A stretch of DNA of 64,000 bases from the human T2T-CHM13v2.0 reference genome, Homo sapiens: the NCBI RefSeq assembly GCF_009914755.1, contig NC_060937.1; one strand, given 5' to 3'. Every line of letters begins with the position of its first letter. Positions within the stretch are counted from its first letter, which is position 1. Below are positions 12,030-26,217 of the stretch, piece after piece. Below the pieces are notes generated by a model that was not told the DNA's origin, made no database searches, and worked only from the letters and a program-made list of their open reading frames with translations. The position numbers and the translations under genes are program-made.

Positions 12030-12865
12030 TCACTCATATATTCTTTTATTTAACAAACCTTATTGAGCATCTGTTATGCATGGGACCCTCAGCCATAGCT
12101 GGACAGGCGTTCAAACAAGTGAGCATAAAAGCTGATTTCTAATAGCGTGAATTCTGAAAAGGAAGGCAACATGTCAACAAATAACCACAGCTTGATGGAG
12201 AGATACTACGTGGAGTTATTAGAACTCATTTGGACCGTGGAAGGCTTCGCAGGAGAGAAATTTGAGCTGGATCTTAGAGAAGGAAGATGACTTTCTTCAG
12301 GTGTTTAGAAGTTGGTGGGATTGGGGATCAGTATTCCAGGGAGAAGGAACAACCTCTAAAAAGGCGCTGACGTTCAATTAAGTCAACTGCATCCTCAGAA
12401 AATACCAAGAAGCCTAGCCTGGCCTGTGTTTCAGGAATGCCCTGCAGTTGACGAGGAAGCTGCGGGGACGTCCGGGGCTCTGGGGTCTCTTCCTGTCCAG
12501 GAGAAGCCATGAGAGCACTTTAAACTAGATGAGAACTGGCCCAAGCTGCGTTTTCTAAGCTTTACGCTGGGTGCCACGTGCAGATCTGTTTCAGGAAAAA
12601 GCTGAGGTCGGAGGAGCGGACCTTGTGGAAATCCAGAGGGGAAGGTGTATGCGGCAGTGTGCAGAGGGGCGGGGGACGGAAGCAGGGCGCCGACGCAGGG
12701 GACTTGGGGAGAGATGGAAGCTGGGAAGTGCACAGTGTACGGGAGAGAAGATTCTGGAATTACCCCCCATCTTGGCTGCTGGATGAAGAGCGGTGTGTCA
12801 ACAGGCCAGAGACCAAGCAGTGGTTTGGGATGGAAGAGAGAGTTTGGTTTTGGACACATCGAGCT
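12030..12865 (-). mobile_element. L2 LINE, degenerate 3' portion
   Basis: TTTAACAAACCTTATTGAGCATCTGTTATG (antisense L2 3' end), then TTTGAGCTGGATCTT and GAGTTTGGTTTTGGACACATCGAG L2 hallmarks. Confidence 0.7.
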
Positions 12866-13297
12866 CATTGGTTTGTTTCCTTTTTTGCTTAATATATAAT
12901 GATTAATTCTTGCTCTTAATGGAAACAGTAAGTTTGAAAACCTAAAAACTCATGGTTTAGTGCCAACGTTGTAAACAGGTCATTTGTTTCTTAGAAATGG
13001 AGGCCACAAGACTACCCGGCGGGTGGTTCTCCTTCTGGATGTGAGAACACAGGACACGGGAAGTGACCTGAGAGGTGGTGCCTGGAAAGCCAGGACAGAT
13101 CCGATGGTGTCCTGTGCCCGAGGGCCGTGGTCAGGGCCTTCCGTGTGGGACACGTGTGGGAGCAGGTCTTGGCTTCAGCTCATCCGTCCTGTCGTTTCTG
13201 CGGGAGGCTCAGGCGCCCACCCCTCCCCGAAGGCATTGCCGCTCCTCTCAGTCACAGGGCACAGGGCCCTAGAACATAAGGCACCACCCACCTGATT

Positions 13298-13640
13298 CCC
13301 ACTCATCCAATTCTCACTCAACAGACACTTATTGAGCACTTGCTGTATGCCAGGCATGCTTCCAGGCACTGGGAACTCAACAGTGGAGGAAACAGACAAG
13401 ACGGTGCCTTCCTGGACTTGTCTGACATGGGGGCAGGGAAATTGACAGGCAATCGGCAGATGTGAGAGCCACGCTCCAGGGGGTCACAAGGTCATGAGCA
13501 CAAGACAGCGTGGGGGGTAGGGTACCTGGGGAGGGGTTGCCACCTCATGCTGGGATGTCCAGGTGGCTTTGGAGAGGACCTGAAGGAGGACAGCTTTGGA
13601 GAGGAGCTGAAGGAGGACAGCAAGGGAGCCATGTGGTTCC
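13298..13640 (-). mobile_element. L2 LINE 3' end
   Basis: CACTCAACAGACACTTATTGAGCACTTGCTGTATGCCAGGCA...AGGCACTGGG. Confidence 0.75.
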
Positions 13641-14896
13641 CACACCCAGAAGGTGCCCTCCTTGAGGTCCTTTGTGTTAGTCGGATGCAGGGGGGCACAG
13701 GCTCTCTGGACAGCAGCCTCTGACTGGCTTAGCCTGGTCTAGGCCCTGAGTGGGGGGTCTTCGTGTCCAGCTGTGATCTGGTCCCTGTCCCTAAGGAGTT
13801 TACCACATATGAGGAGAAACAATCATAGAACCAAAATACAAATGAGGCACATGTTTCCTGGGGAGGAGGGGCTGGGGGCCCCTGCAGCCGAGACCCCCAG
13901 TGTCATCTGGGCAGTCAGAAACCATAGCCTTGGAAAGTGCTATCCTGACTGAATCCTGAGAGATGAGTAGGACTTAGTGAGGCAAACGAGTCATTTCCCT
14001 CACAGGTTTGGCTTCTGAAAACTTGATTTTAAAAAAATCACCACAATCAAATAAATCATCTTTACAATAGTGGTCAAACTGATAGCATAATAGCAGCCCT
14101 TGTGAGTGTGAGTCGGCATCTATAGGATAGGGACTGGATTTGCAAGCACAAAAATGAGTTCGTGCAATAACAAAGCCTTGCCTTGTGCTTGCTCTCCTCT
14201 CAAAATTATGCCGTTCTATTGGAGAAGAACATACCTAGTGAATAATTAAAGGAAAGGATTTGGTATGCAGATGCTATTAATAATCTTTATGTTAAGAAGG
14301 CATTCATTAAATAAGTCCCTGACATTCTGAGGGCACAGTTTTGCTGGAATAAGGATTGCCTAAGAGTGGGTATGGATTCCTAGATCAGTCCGGATAAAAG
14401 ATACAAAGGAGGGGAACTGCCTTGATTGGAGAGTCACAACATCCAGGCTAATTCTCCAGGAATTCGCCTCTGGACCTGGGAACACAGGACGCGGGAACTC
14501 ACCTGGGCAGTGGTGTCTGGGAAGCAGGGGCGGATCCGGTGGCATCCTGAACCAAGAACCATGGACAGGGCCCTCTGTGAGGGACATGCATGGGAGCGGG
14601 TCTCAGCTTCAGTCATGGTGGGCTGCCTTTGTCTACACGCACAGGGCCCTCCGGGGTTGCTTCGGGTGGTGCTCTCTTCTGGAAATCATGGAGCCTTCTC
14701 CCAGGGAAGTTGATTATGGAGGAGGCAGCAGGTGTGAGCTCCCGGAAATGCGGCTTCTTGGGAAGGAGGCTGAGTTGTGGAGCCAGCACCTCCCAACCTC
14801 TGATTCGTCCTCTGCCCAAAGGGTGCCTTTGCCTGGTGGTAGACGTGCCCTCAGCTCAGCCAAGTCCATGGTGCTGAAAGAGAAAATGTAGACTTA

Positions 14897-15346
<450 letters not shown>

Positions 15347-16879
15347 TCATTTCTGCTTTCAGTTATGTTATCAACAAGTGGTCCTGCTTCAAATCGTGTG
15401 CACTTGGTTTTTGGCTATTCATACTGGGCATGGTAGAAATCCAAGAGGTTGCTGAAAGTGAAAGAAACAATGGCTCATGAAAGCTAAACAGAATCCTCTC
15501 TTAGATTTGAGAGAGTAAGAAATTAGATTTGGGGGACATGAACTGTACAGACCCCCCGTTGTGCAAGGAACCATGACTCCCTAGCAAAGACCCCACGGAG
15601 CTCAGCGTTGCGCAAGCCTGTGTCGTGCACATCTGTGCCGCTGAGTAGAGGTGATGAACGGCGTCCACACTCGTCCTCATCTTCACACTGAAAGTACTCT
15701 CTGGATGTTGCTTTACTGTGTTGGGTGTGTAGTTTGCAGGTATGCAGCAAGTGAGATGCAGAAATTAGTAAAATGTTGACTATGATAACAAAGATGACAG
15801 TCAGGATTGCTATTACTAAAAACGTACACAGCAAGTAAAGAATCTGGCCAAGGCAGACATTGTCAGGACAGTAATGGAGGCACAGTGGGACCCTCTCTTT
15901 TCTAGATGCCTACTTCTGTACACATGGAAATGCTGCTATTTTAGGAACAACAACTCCATATTGGGAGGGGATAATGCCAAGAAATCAATACCAGCTCTAA
16001 TTGAAGCTACTGCTGCCGACAGCTGCCCCTCTCTTATGGCAGTTATCTCTGAGAAGAGATCCCACTCATGATCCTGTCTCTGAGGGAGAAGATTGGGAGC
16101 CCTCCAGGTGGATCCCTGCAACCTCCTGTCTGCCCCAGCAGTGGCCAAAATGGTCTGTGAAGGTGTGCGGCGTGGAGTGTGCTGGCCAGCTAGAGGCTGA
16201 GCCTCAGAGGATCTGCAGAGGGACAGTGGTGGACATGGGGGTGGTGAGATCCCGCATTTGTCCAGGAGAAGAATAGAGATGATATAGAAAAGGAGTATGA
16301 GAAAGAAATACGTAAGTAGGTTCTTCCAAAAACAACAGCTGCCTTTAAATGAAAGGGAAGACCCTGTCCGCTCGGGGTGGCCACATAAATTCCCCTTCTT
16401 CGGACTCCACTGGAGCTTGGGGTTTCCTGTTCCTTACCCCTCCCACCCCTGGCTCTCAGCCCGCTGCCTCCCATCTCCCCAAGAGCATGTGGGGAGAAGG
16501 CGGGAGGGAGGAGCTCTGAGTGACAGCATCCACATCCCGCCTGAGGTCTCCTCCTGCCACTGCCACAGAACGTGCACTTGGCTACAACCCCATCCTCTCC
16601 CTGACCTGACACACTGCCGTGTTCTGACTCATAAATCACCCTCATTTCTTCTTCTGCCCAGTAACTGTGGTGAACTGTACAGGCTCTCCCTGAGAAGTGG
16701 ATGTCCTCAGCCTGCAATGCCCTGTGTCTGTGTATGACCCTATTTCCCGTACGAGGAATGGTGGAACATCTGAGGGGCCTAGAGGTGCCACCTGTGCTGT
16801 GCTGTAGAAATCATCACACACCCAGGGCTAACTAGGAGACAGCCACACAGTGGGATTCAGGAGAACCTGCCCACGGGTT

Positions 16880-18416
16880 CCCTCCTCACTCCACCGTCCT
16901 CTGCTAACCACGGATCTGTTCTCAACCCTACAGTTTTCCCTTTTCCAAAACATCCTATAAATAGAATCTTGCAGCATTGCAGCCTTTTGAAATTAGGTTC
17001 TTTCACTTAGCAAAATGAGTTCAAGATTTATCCATTTGTAGCATGAGTCAACTTTGTGCCTTTTTATAACTACTATCAACATTCATGTAAAACTACTATC
17101 AAATTCAGTCTTTTTTGTGAAAATAAAAGTTTTGAGATTCACCTGGGCAAATACCTAGAACTGGGATTGCTGGTTGTATTGCTCATGTATATTGAACTGC
17201 ATAGGAAACTATCAAACTGTTTTAGAAAGTGGCTGTAAACATTCTCATGAGCAATGAATGAGAATTTCCATTTCTCTGCATCCTTGTCAGCAATTGCTGT
17301 TGTTAGCTTTTAAATTTTTATTCATTTCTTTTTATTTTAATTATTCCAATTGATGTGTAGTTAGCAGTATCTCATTGTGGTTTGGATTTGCATTTCCTTA
17401 ATGACAGCTGATGTTGGGCATCTTTTTATAAATGTATTTGCCATTGATATATCTTCTTTAGTAAAGTATCTGATGAGATCTTTTGTCTATTTTTTATTGG
17501 GTTGTTTTCTTCTGGTTGAGTTTCAAGTATTCTTTATATATTCTGGGTATAATTTATTCAACAGATATGTGACTTACACGTATTTTCTATCAGGCCTGTA
17601 GCTTGTATTTTTATTCTCTTAATAAGTATTTTTCACAGAAGATAAATTTTTAATTTTGATGAAATACAATTTACCCATTTCTTTTTTATGGATCATGCTT
17701 TTGGTGTCATATCTTGAAACACGTCATAAACTGTGGGTCAGACAGGTTTTCTTCTAGAAGTTTTATCATTTTACATTTTATGTTCAGGGATATGATCTGC
17801 TTTGAGATACATTTTTGGATAAAGTATAAAGTGTATCTGAAGGTGTATTTGCATAGGAATGTTCAATATTTCAAACATTTTTAAAATGATATTTTCTTCA
17901 TTGTTGCTGCCACTTTGCACAAAATCAGTTGGCTATAGTTTTATGGGTCTATTTCTGGACCCTATCCTGGTCCATTGATCTATGTGTCTATTCTTTTGTT
18001 AATACCACACTATCATGATTACTATACCATGATAGGAAGCATTGAAATTGGGTAATGTGAGGTCTTCTTTGTCAGAATCATCTTGGCTATTCTAGCTGCT
18101 TTGCCTTTGTACATAAATTTTAGAATCAACTTGTCAATATCTACAAAAAAACTTGCAGAGGTTGTGTTTAATCTGTAGATCAAATTGGAGAGAACTAACA
18201 TCTTAACAGTCAGTTTTCTGCTCCACGAACATAGTATGTCTTTTCATTTATTTATAAAGGAAATGACCTTGATTTCTTTCATTGGTGTTTTAAGTTATTT
18301 GTGACATACAGATCCTGAACATATTTTATTAGATGTATACTTATGTACTTCCTTTTGGGATGTTATTTTTAAATAGTTTTTTTTTTATTTCAAATTCTAA
18401 TTGTTTATTGGTGGTA
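16880..18416 (-). mobile_element. Old L1M (L1MC/MD-like): 3' UTR and ORF2 end, segment 1
   Basis: Antisense L1 hallmarks: GTATCTCATTGTGGTTTGGATTTGCATTTCC, CCATTGATCTATGTGTCTATTC, AATCTGTAGATCAAATTGG. Confidence 0.9.
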
Positions 18417-19020
18417 TCAAGAGCTCAGCTGAGCTGGAGAGACCTCAGCCACCAGGCATAGAGTAGCCTCCTAAGACAGCAAGACACATTATGAAGGCAG
18501 GACAGAGTCAGGCCTGTAACCACACACATAGTTGAGCAAGAGGCTAAATGTGAGAAGTGCTGGCTCCCTGGGTTCTAGCTTTGCCTGTAGAGTGGCATAA
18601 GGAGAGGGTCAGATAATGCAGATGTGGAGGTCACCTCCCAGCCCAGGGACCCTAAATAACATGTTCCTGTTGTTTATGTACCTGAGGACTCGGAGAGAAG
18701 GAGAAAGGGGAAGGAAGGGCTCAGAGTGGAAAAGATTGAATGCTGAGAGTGGGGAAAAGCATCTTCCAGGTTCCCCCCTACTCCCTCCAGATAGGGCTAC
18801 CTGGGCTGCAAATGCAAATCTTCATGAGGGTGGCTGGCTGGGGGCTGAGACATTGAAGGCAACTTCCCTGAGAACCTGCAGCACTGGCTGGCTGTGCACT
18901 GAGCCCACTGTGTGGAGGGCAGAGTCTCCCTGGGCCTGCCAGGTGGAGCCTTTGCCACTGCCCATGGCTGCCCCTGAGGGATTACACAGAGGAGTTTGGC
19001 TGGGAACTGGACACCTCCGC

Positions 19021-19939
19021 TGGTAGGAAGACGATTGGCTTTGCATGCTGCATTGGGTCCTGTGACTTTGCTCCACTCACCTCTTAGTTCTTAGTAGTTT
19101 TTGCTCTTAGTAGATTTTACAGATAAAAAAAATTATACATGGATAATTCATGGCATCTGCAAATAGAAGCAATGTTATTCCTTCCTTTCCAATCTGTAGG
19201 CCTTGTGTTTCTTTTTCTTGCCCCATTACACTGTGTAAAACAACATGATATTGAATAGGAGTGATGAGGGTAAAGAGCTTAACCAGGTCCCCATCTTAAG
19301 GGAAAGAATCGAGGGCTGCATCGTCTCTGTGATGTTAGGTGTAGGTTACAGAAGGTGCCCTTTATTAAGATGACGGAAGCTCCCTTCTACTGCGTCTTTA
19401 CTGTGAGTCTAGGTCATGAGTATTCCATTTTATTGATTGCTTTTTCTGCATGGATTAAGATGATCATATTGTTTTTCTTTCATGGTCTGTTCATATGGTA
19501 AATTATATGGAAGGATTTTCCAATGTTGGACTAGCCTTGAATTCCTGGAATGGACCACAGTGAGTTGTGTTCCACTATCCTTCTTATATATTGCTAGTTT
19601 CCATTGCCTGTTTTCTGTTTTTCACATCCGAATTTATTTCTTGTTTCCTTCATTCCATATTCTCTTGTGTTAATTTGGCATATTTTTATGAGTTCATTTA
19701 ACCTCCTTTATTGACGAGTTACTTATACCTCTTTTAAAAATTTTTTAGCAGTTGTCCTAGGGCTTAAAATATCTATCAATCTACTTTTACATAATTGTAT
19801 ACCCATTTTTGTAGCATACCAGGGCCTTTCAACAAAATATTACTAATTCCTCCCTTCCCTCCTATGTGCTATTTTGTTATAACATTGGCTTTTACAGATG
19901 CTATAAACACATGACACATTGCTATTTTTTTCTTTAGAC
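19021..19939 (-). mobile_element. Same old L1M, segment 2
   Basis: Resumes collinearly: CATCTGCAAATAGA...TTCCTTCCTTTCCAATCTG...TTGAATAGGAGTGATGAG. Confidence 0.8.
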
Positions 19940-20677
19940 CAGGGATCAGCAGCATTTTTATTAAAGGGTCAGACATTAAATATTTTAGGCTTTCCAGGCC
20001 ATATAGCATCTCTTGCAACTACTCAATTTTGTTGTGAATGGAAACAAGCATGGGTCATATGGAAGTGAGTGGGTGTGAGTGGGTGTGAGCAGGTGTGAGT
20101 GGGTGTGTGAGTGGGTGTGAGTGGGTGTGTGAGTGGGTGTGACAGTGAGTGTGTGAGTGGGCATGAGTGGGTGTGAATGGGTGTGGGCATGAGTGGGTGT
20201 GAGAGTGGGTGAGTGGGTGTGAGCAGGTGGGTGTGTGGGTGTGAAACTGGGTGTCAGCAGGTGTGAGTGGGTGCAAGTGGGTGTGAGGGTGTGAGCGGGT
20301 GTGGAGGGTTGTGAGCGGCTGTCAGACTGGGTGTGAGTGGGTGTGAGCGGGTGTGAGCGGGTGTGGGCGTGAGTGGGTGTGAGTGGGTGTGTGGGTGTGA
20401 AACTAGGTGTGAGCTGGTGTGAGCGGGTGCAAGTGGGTGTGAGCAGGTGCGAGTGGGTGTGAGTTGGTGTGAGCGGCTGTGAGGGTGTGAGCGGGTGTGG
20501 AGGGTTGTGAGCAGCTGTCTGTGAGCGGGTGTGAGTGGGTGTGAATGGGTGAGAGTGGGTGTGAGCAGGTGTGTGTGGGTGTGAGTGGGTGAGCGTGGGT
20601 GTGAGTGGGTGTGACTGCTTTCTAGTAAAGTTTCGTTTCCAGAGACAGGTGGGCCAGATTCGACCAGCAGGCCCCTG
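19940..20677 (+). mobile_element. MER58A (hAT-Charlie) with internal VNTR and perfect 8-bp TSD
   Basis: CAGGGATCAGC...AAATATTTTAGGCTTT...GCAACTACTCAA left part and AAAGTTTCGTTTCCAGAGACAGG...GGGCCAGATT...CCCCTG right part. TSD CTTTAGAC at 19932-19939 and 20678-20685. Confidence 0.9.
20065..20614 (+). repeat. (GAGTGGGTGT)n ~10-bp minisatellite
   Basis: About 55 imperfect copies, directly visible. Confidence 0.95.
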
Positions 20678-20685
20678 CTTTAGAC

Positions 20686-21760
20686 TTTATCTTTTAGATA
20701 AGGTAAAAGATGAATTTAAATTCACCTTCACTTCATCTGTTTCTAGCGTTCTTCATTTCTTTTTGCAGATCCAAGTTTTAGTCTGATGATATATTTGTTC
20801 TGACTCAAAAATTTTTAACTTTTTTTTTGTAGAGTACATCTGCTGATATTGAATTTCCTCCAGTTTTTTTGTTTGTTTTTTGTGTTTGAGAACGTGTTTC
20901 TCCTTCATTTTTGAAACGTGAAGTATTTCTCTGAGTACAGAATTCTGGATAAAGCATTTTTCTTTCTCCTGCAGTTTCCAGGCATCGCTCACTGTCTTTT
21001 TCCTTCTGGCCTCTGGGTTCTCCTTGTCTAAGGTATCTTCTTTCTCCGGCTGCCTTGAAGATTTTCTCTGTGTCTTTTGTCTTCAGCAGTTTAATATGAT
21101 ATCTGCACTGGGTTTTTTGTGTTTTTTGCTCTTTTGTGTGTGTATTATCTTACTTGATGTTCTCTGAGTTTATTGGATCTGTGTTTGGTGTTTGCCCCTA
21201 ACTTCTAAGAAGTCTTGGCCATTATCACATCCAGCATTTCTTCTGCCCTGTTCTCGCTTCTCCTTCTGGTTTTCCAGTTGTGCACACTTGGGATGCTCGA
21301 TGTGGCCCCCAGCTCTTGGATGTTCTGTTCTGGTTGGGGCTTTTTTGTTTGTTTGTTTTGCTTTTTCTTATTCTTTTTACTTTTGTATTTTAACTCAGGT
21401 AATTTCTCTGACCCATGTTCGGGTTTGCTGACTCTTCTATGCCTGTGTCAAATCCACAGATGCATCTTTCAAGCACACTCTTCATCGCTGTTACAGTGTT
21501 TGTTTTATTTCTAGCATTTCCATTTGATTTTTTCTCATACTTTCCATCTCTTCACTGAAATTCCCATTTGATATTGCATGTGACCCATTTTTTCTGTTAA
21601 AGCCTTTAACATACTAATTATAGTTATTTTAAATTCCGTGACAGATAGTTCCAACAACCGCTTCATATCAGAGTCGAGTTCTGATGATTGCTCCCTCGGG
21701 AATGTGCTGGCTTTCCTTGTCTTTTTATGCATCTCATGTTTTTTTGTTTTTTTGTTTTGT
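20686..21760 (-). mobile_element. Same old L1M, ORF1 region (segment 3)
   Basis: Minus-strand ORF 21535..21927 contains ELDSDMKRLLELSVTEFKITIISMLKALTEKMGHMQYQMG, similar to the N-terminal coiled coil of L1M ORF1p. The L1 5' region may extend to ~22390. Confidence 0.8.
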
Positions 21761-22404
21761 TTGTTTTTTTTCCAAGCCTCATGCCTGGAGGTCAGCAGAG
21801 GATGAGAAGGCTTCAGGCCTGGACATGGGCCTGCCTTCTTCCTGCCAAGCCTGCAGTGTGAGGCCTGCATCAGCCTGCTGAGGACCTGGGGGTTGTAATT
21901 TACTGTTGCTGCACCTACTCTCAGCACACCTGGGATTCATGTTCTCACGAGGTCACTTGGGGAGGCGCTGGTGGGGAAGGATGGCGGGCAGAGGATGTCT
22001 GCCTTGGTTCAGGTTCAAGCACTCCCTCCCCTTGGCTCTGCCCCAGGGCTGGTGCCTGGCAGCACAGCCCCTTCCTGCCCCCTCCAAGCAGGGTTCTCAG
22101 TATTGCACTGTTGTTTGTAACTGGAAGCTGTGAGTGGTAGGGTGGAGGTGGTTTCTGCTGTGATTACGCTCTTTCCTGGTGACCCATCTCCCTGGGTTTG
22201 GCCTCTCAGGGCTCCTGACACTCCCCCCAGTAGCAGTTGTGGATGGAGAGCTTTACCCTGCCCCTCCCCAGGAGTAGCTTCTCTAGTTCTGCTCCTTTGT
22301 GCATGTCTGATCAGGAACAAGGACAGTTTGTGTTTTCTCCAGATTGTCTTCATGGTCTTGCACCCCCTGAAGGAATCTGTGAAACCTCATGTTGTGTTCT
22401 AGAA

Positions 22405-23125
22405 CAGAGCTTCTGGAACTCCGACGTGTGTCCTGTTCACTCTGGAGTCTGTTGAACTGCAGGCTGATTGAGCAGGTCTGGATCCTGCACTCTATACAAG
22501 CTCCTGGGTGATTGATGGGGCCTGGATCCCGCATTCCATACAAGCTCCTGGGTGATTGAGGGGGCCTGGATCCCGCACTCCATACAAGCTCCTGGGTGAT
22601 TGAGGGGGCCTGGATCCCGCACTCCATACAAGCTCCTGGGTGATTGAGGGGGCCTGGATCCCGCACTCCATACAAGCTCCTGGGTGATTGAGGGGGCCTG
22701 GATCCCGCACTCCATACAAGCTCCTGGGTGATTGAGGGGGCCTGGATCCCGCACTCCATACAAGCTCCTGGGTGATTGAGGGGGCCTGGATCCCGCACTC
22801 CATACAAGCTCCTGGGTGATTGAGGGGGCCTGGATCCCGCACTCCATACAAGCTCCTGGGTGATTGAGGGGGCCTGGATCCCGCACTCCATACAAGCTCC
22901 TGGGTGATTGATGGGGCCTGGATCCCGCACTCCATACAAGCTCCTGGGTGATTGATGGGGCCTGGATCCCGCACTCCATACAAGCTCCTGGGTGATTGAG
23001 GGGGCCTGGATCCCGCACTCCATACAAGCTCCTAGGTGATTGAGGGGGCCTGGATCCTGCACTCCACACAAGCTCCTGGGTGCTGCTGCTGCTGCTTCTC
23101 CCTGGGCCACACTTTAAATATAAGG
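22405..23125 (+). mobile_element. MER5A1-like hAT MITE expanded by an internal 44-bp VNTR
   Basis: Starts CAGAGCTTCT, contains TGATTGAGCAGGTCT and ends TGCTGCT...CCACACTTTAAATATAAGG. Flanked by TTCTAGAA (22397-22404) and CTCTAGAG (23126-23133), the Charlie NTCTAGAN target. Confidence 0.75.
22465..23082 (+). repeat. 44-bp VNTR, ~14 near-identical copies
   Basis: Unit CAAGCTCCTGGGTGATTGAGGGGGCCTGGATCCCGCACTCCATA; CAAGCTCC recurs every 44 bp from 22497 to 23069. Confidence 0.98.
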
Positions 23126-24923
23126 CTCTAGAGGAGCTGAATGAAATGCACAAAAACCACATTTTATTATTTTCTAGAATTGTTTATCTCTTCATTTTTT
23201 AATAAAAGGCACTAGCTCAGTTTATAAGTTTTAAGTTAGTGTCATCCAATATGCTCTCCTGACCTTAGCCCAAGGATTTCCCTGCAGTGCCACGAGGGCA
23301 GGAGCCCAGCCCACCAACCTGGACAGGGCCTGGAACAGAAGCTCAATATTTTCAGTTAATGAGTCTGTGGACAACTAGGATGGAAAGAGAGAGAGGAGCT
23401 GAGAAGGTAGGCACGACCTCAACCTGCGCAATGAAATCCCACTTCTTTCCTGATTACTTTGTAAGCAGGAAACCATCACTACGAGTTGGCGAGCTCCACA
23501 CGACGCACCAGGCAATCCTGAGCACTGCAGATGCTCTGTGTGGAACGCAGGAAGACAGCGGCACTATCGTTTCATCCTTCTTCCTTCCATTTTCTCTCCT
23601 GACCCAGCCCCCACTGTATCCACCCAAATAACAGAGGACAGATTTGCCCACAGGGGCTGGGACAGTGTCTGACACACCTTGCTAGGATGGCCTGATATTT
23701 CTCAGAGGCTAAATACTCCCTGCCTGAAGACCCCTCAAAGTGTGGGAGCCCCCGGCATAGAGTCAGCCACACCAGGGAGCCTCTGCATGGCTCTTCTTGT
23801 GGGTATCTCATGGTTCTTGTGTGTATTCAGCTCTCTCATTTCCCAGCCAAACCCCGGGGACAGTCCTGGTGAATCTTTGTGGGAGGGCCAGGATGGGCTT
23901 GGCAGTGCTCTTGGCCTTTCCTGATCTGGCCCTGCCACACCCTCCCAGAGATGCCCAGTGGGACCTCACCTTCTACATCTCGTGTGGCTGTGCTCACGAT
24001 TCGTAGCACCAAGAAAACCGTATTTGTATCCTTTCATTAACTCTCTTCTCCTACTACTACAATATTTTTGGGTATTCACTAAAATGGGAAAATAAGTAGA
24101 TTATAGTGTTCTGATCTCCTACTTGATAGAACAGTCTAGGGAAAACTGACCTCCATTCACTGACCCTTGATATTTCCCTTAATGTTTTTTTCAATGGAAC
24201 TTGGTGATCTACTTGATTTCAAAATTGTGAGCATAAAGTCAGCCTCTGAGAATATTGTGACCCTCCAATAAAAAGAGCATAATGTGTACTAACCCACTTC
24301 ATCTCCTCACTTACCCATTCAGCCAACCTCACCAAGCACACATGGACGTACAAGGCTCTGAGACAAGACGAGGCTATTCAACGATGACTGCAGTGTCGTC
24401 TCTTCTGCTAATGACTTGCGATCTGTTGGGATCCACAAACACTGCTCATATGTGACCCAAGATCTAAATGAAGTAGTTTGGGAGTGAGAGAAGGGAGCGA
24501 GCAGATGGACCAAAAGCGTTTGGAAGGTGCAAGCGAGCCATGACTGTTGAGGCATCCCATCCCTTCTGGGAGAAGGCTGCCTTTAGTCGAATGGGGATTA
24601 AGTTCTAATCATACAGGGGAGGGCAAAGGATGTCATGTTCTGAGATGATCATAGCTCTGCTCTTCTGGTCTACTTGTGTGCTGTGTGGCACTCACTCATC
24701 TTCGTGTTGACTAATTTATATACCAGGACAATCCTATGTGGCCTTTGCTATACTGGAATTTAATTCAATGGTGTTTCATTTACAATTGTCAGGTCTATGT
24801 CCATAATCCAGTTTGGCCTATAGTGTTCTTTTGCTGTTATATTTTCATTAGATTTTAATGCCAGGAAATTGATGAGTTAATGGTATAATTGGGTAGCTTT
24901 CCATCTAAGCATGTGGGACCTAG

Positions 24924-25451
<528 letters not shown>

Positions 25452-26217
25452 TGTTGTTACCTTTTATAGTACCCGAGCCAAGTACTGAATATATGCATTG
25501 CTTTAACTAATGTGGCATTTTTCCAGAACAAGTTAAGTTCCAAGAAATAATCCAATAGTGACAAAATAAACGCCATGAGGACTTCTCCTACATCCTACCA
25601 TTCAGATGTCCCCATTGTTGGAGCTGTGGTGGGAAAGAACATGGCCCCTGGAGGTGACAGGTTTGGGAACAGTCCCTGGTCGCCTTATTTAACGTCTTCC
25701 CTAAAAACAGTGCTTACAGCTTAGTTTGCCAAATGCAGTCACAGAAATAACGTCTTTGGATTTTAAGACACCCTTGAGTTAGGCAGTCCCTAACCCCTGC
25801 ATTGCATAGGCTGGAAATCTGGCTCAGAGAGGGGGAATGGTTCCTCACATCTACCTTATGAAGCTCCTATGGGGGCAGCTGTTGCGGAAGGTGGTGTGAG
25901 CTTCTCAAGGTCATACGGTTGTTAGTAACAGTAAGTCACTGGCAGAGCAAATGCTTGGGAGCAGCAGGAGAACGGCTGCTGCCTGCCCAGACGTTGGTCT
26001 TTGTGCCCTGCCCTGGCCCCCTCCTGGGCCATCCTGTGAACAGGGCACTCAGGGGCTTTGCTAGCTCTGAGAGGAAGCAGGGTCTGGTGCTGCTGCCAGC
26101 ATGGTTCACAGGGTGTTCAGGACATAGGAAGATGTCCAGGGTGTCTCAGAGCCCACAGCAGTCACAGGAGGGCCCGCTCAGTGCACCTTCTGGGAGAGAA
26201 GCAACCACATGTCACTA

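Noticed and set aside
21535-21927. ORF with L1 ORF1p-like peptide as a possible domesticated gene
   Set aside because: Only ~45 aa of similarity inside a decayed, interrupted L1; treated as a fossil.
22465-23082. CRISPR-like regular array and 163-275 aa ORFs
   Set aside because: Units are contiguous with no unique spacers, no cas genes are present and the context is primate; the ORFs are repeat artefacts.
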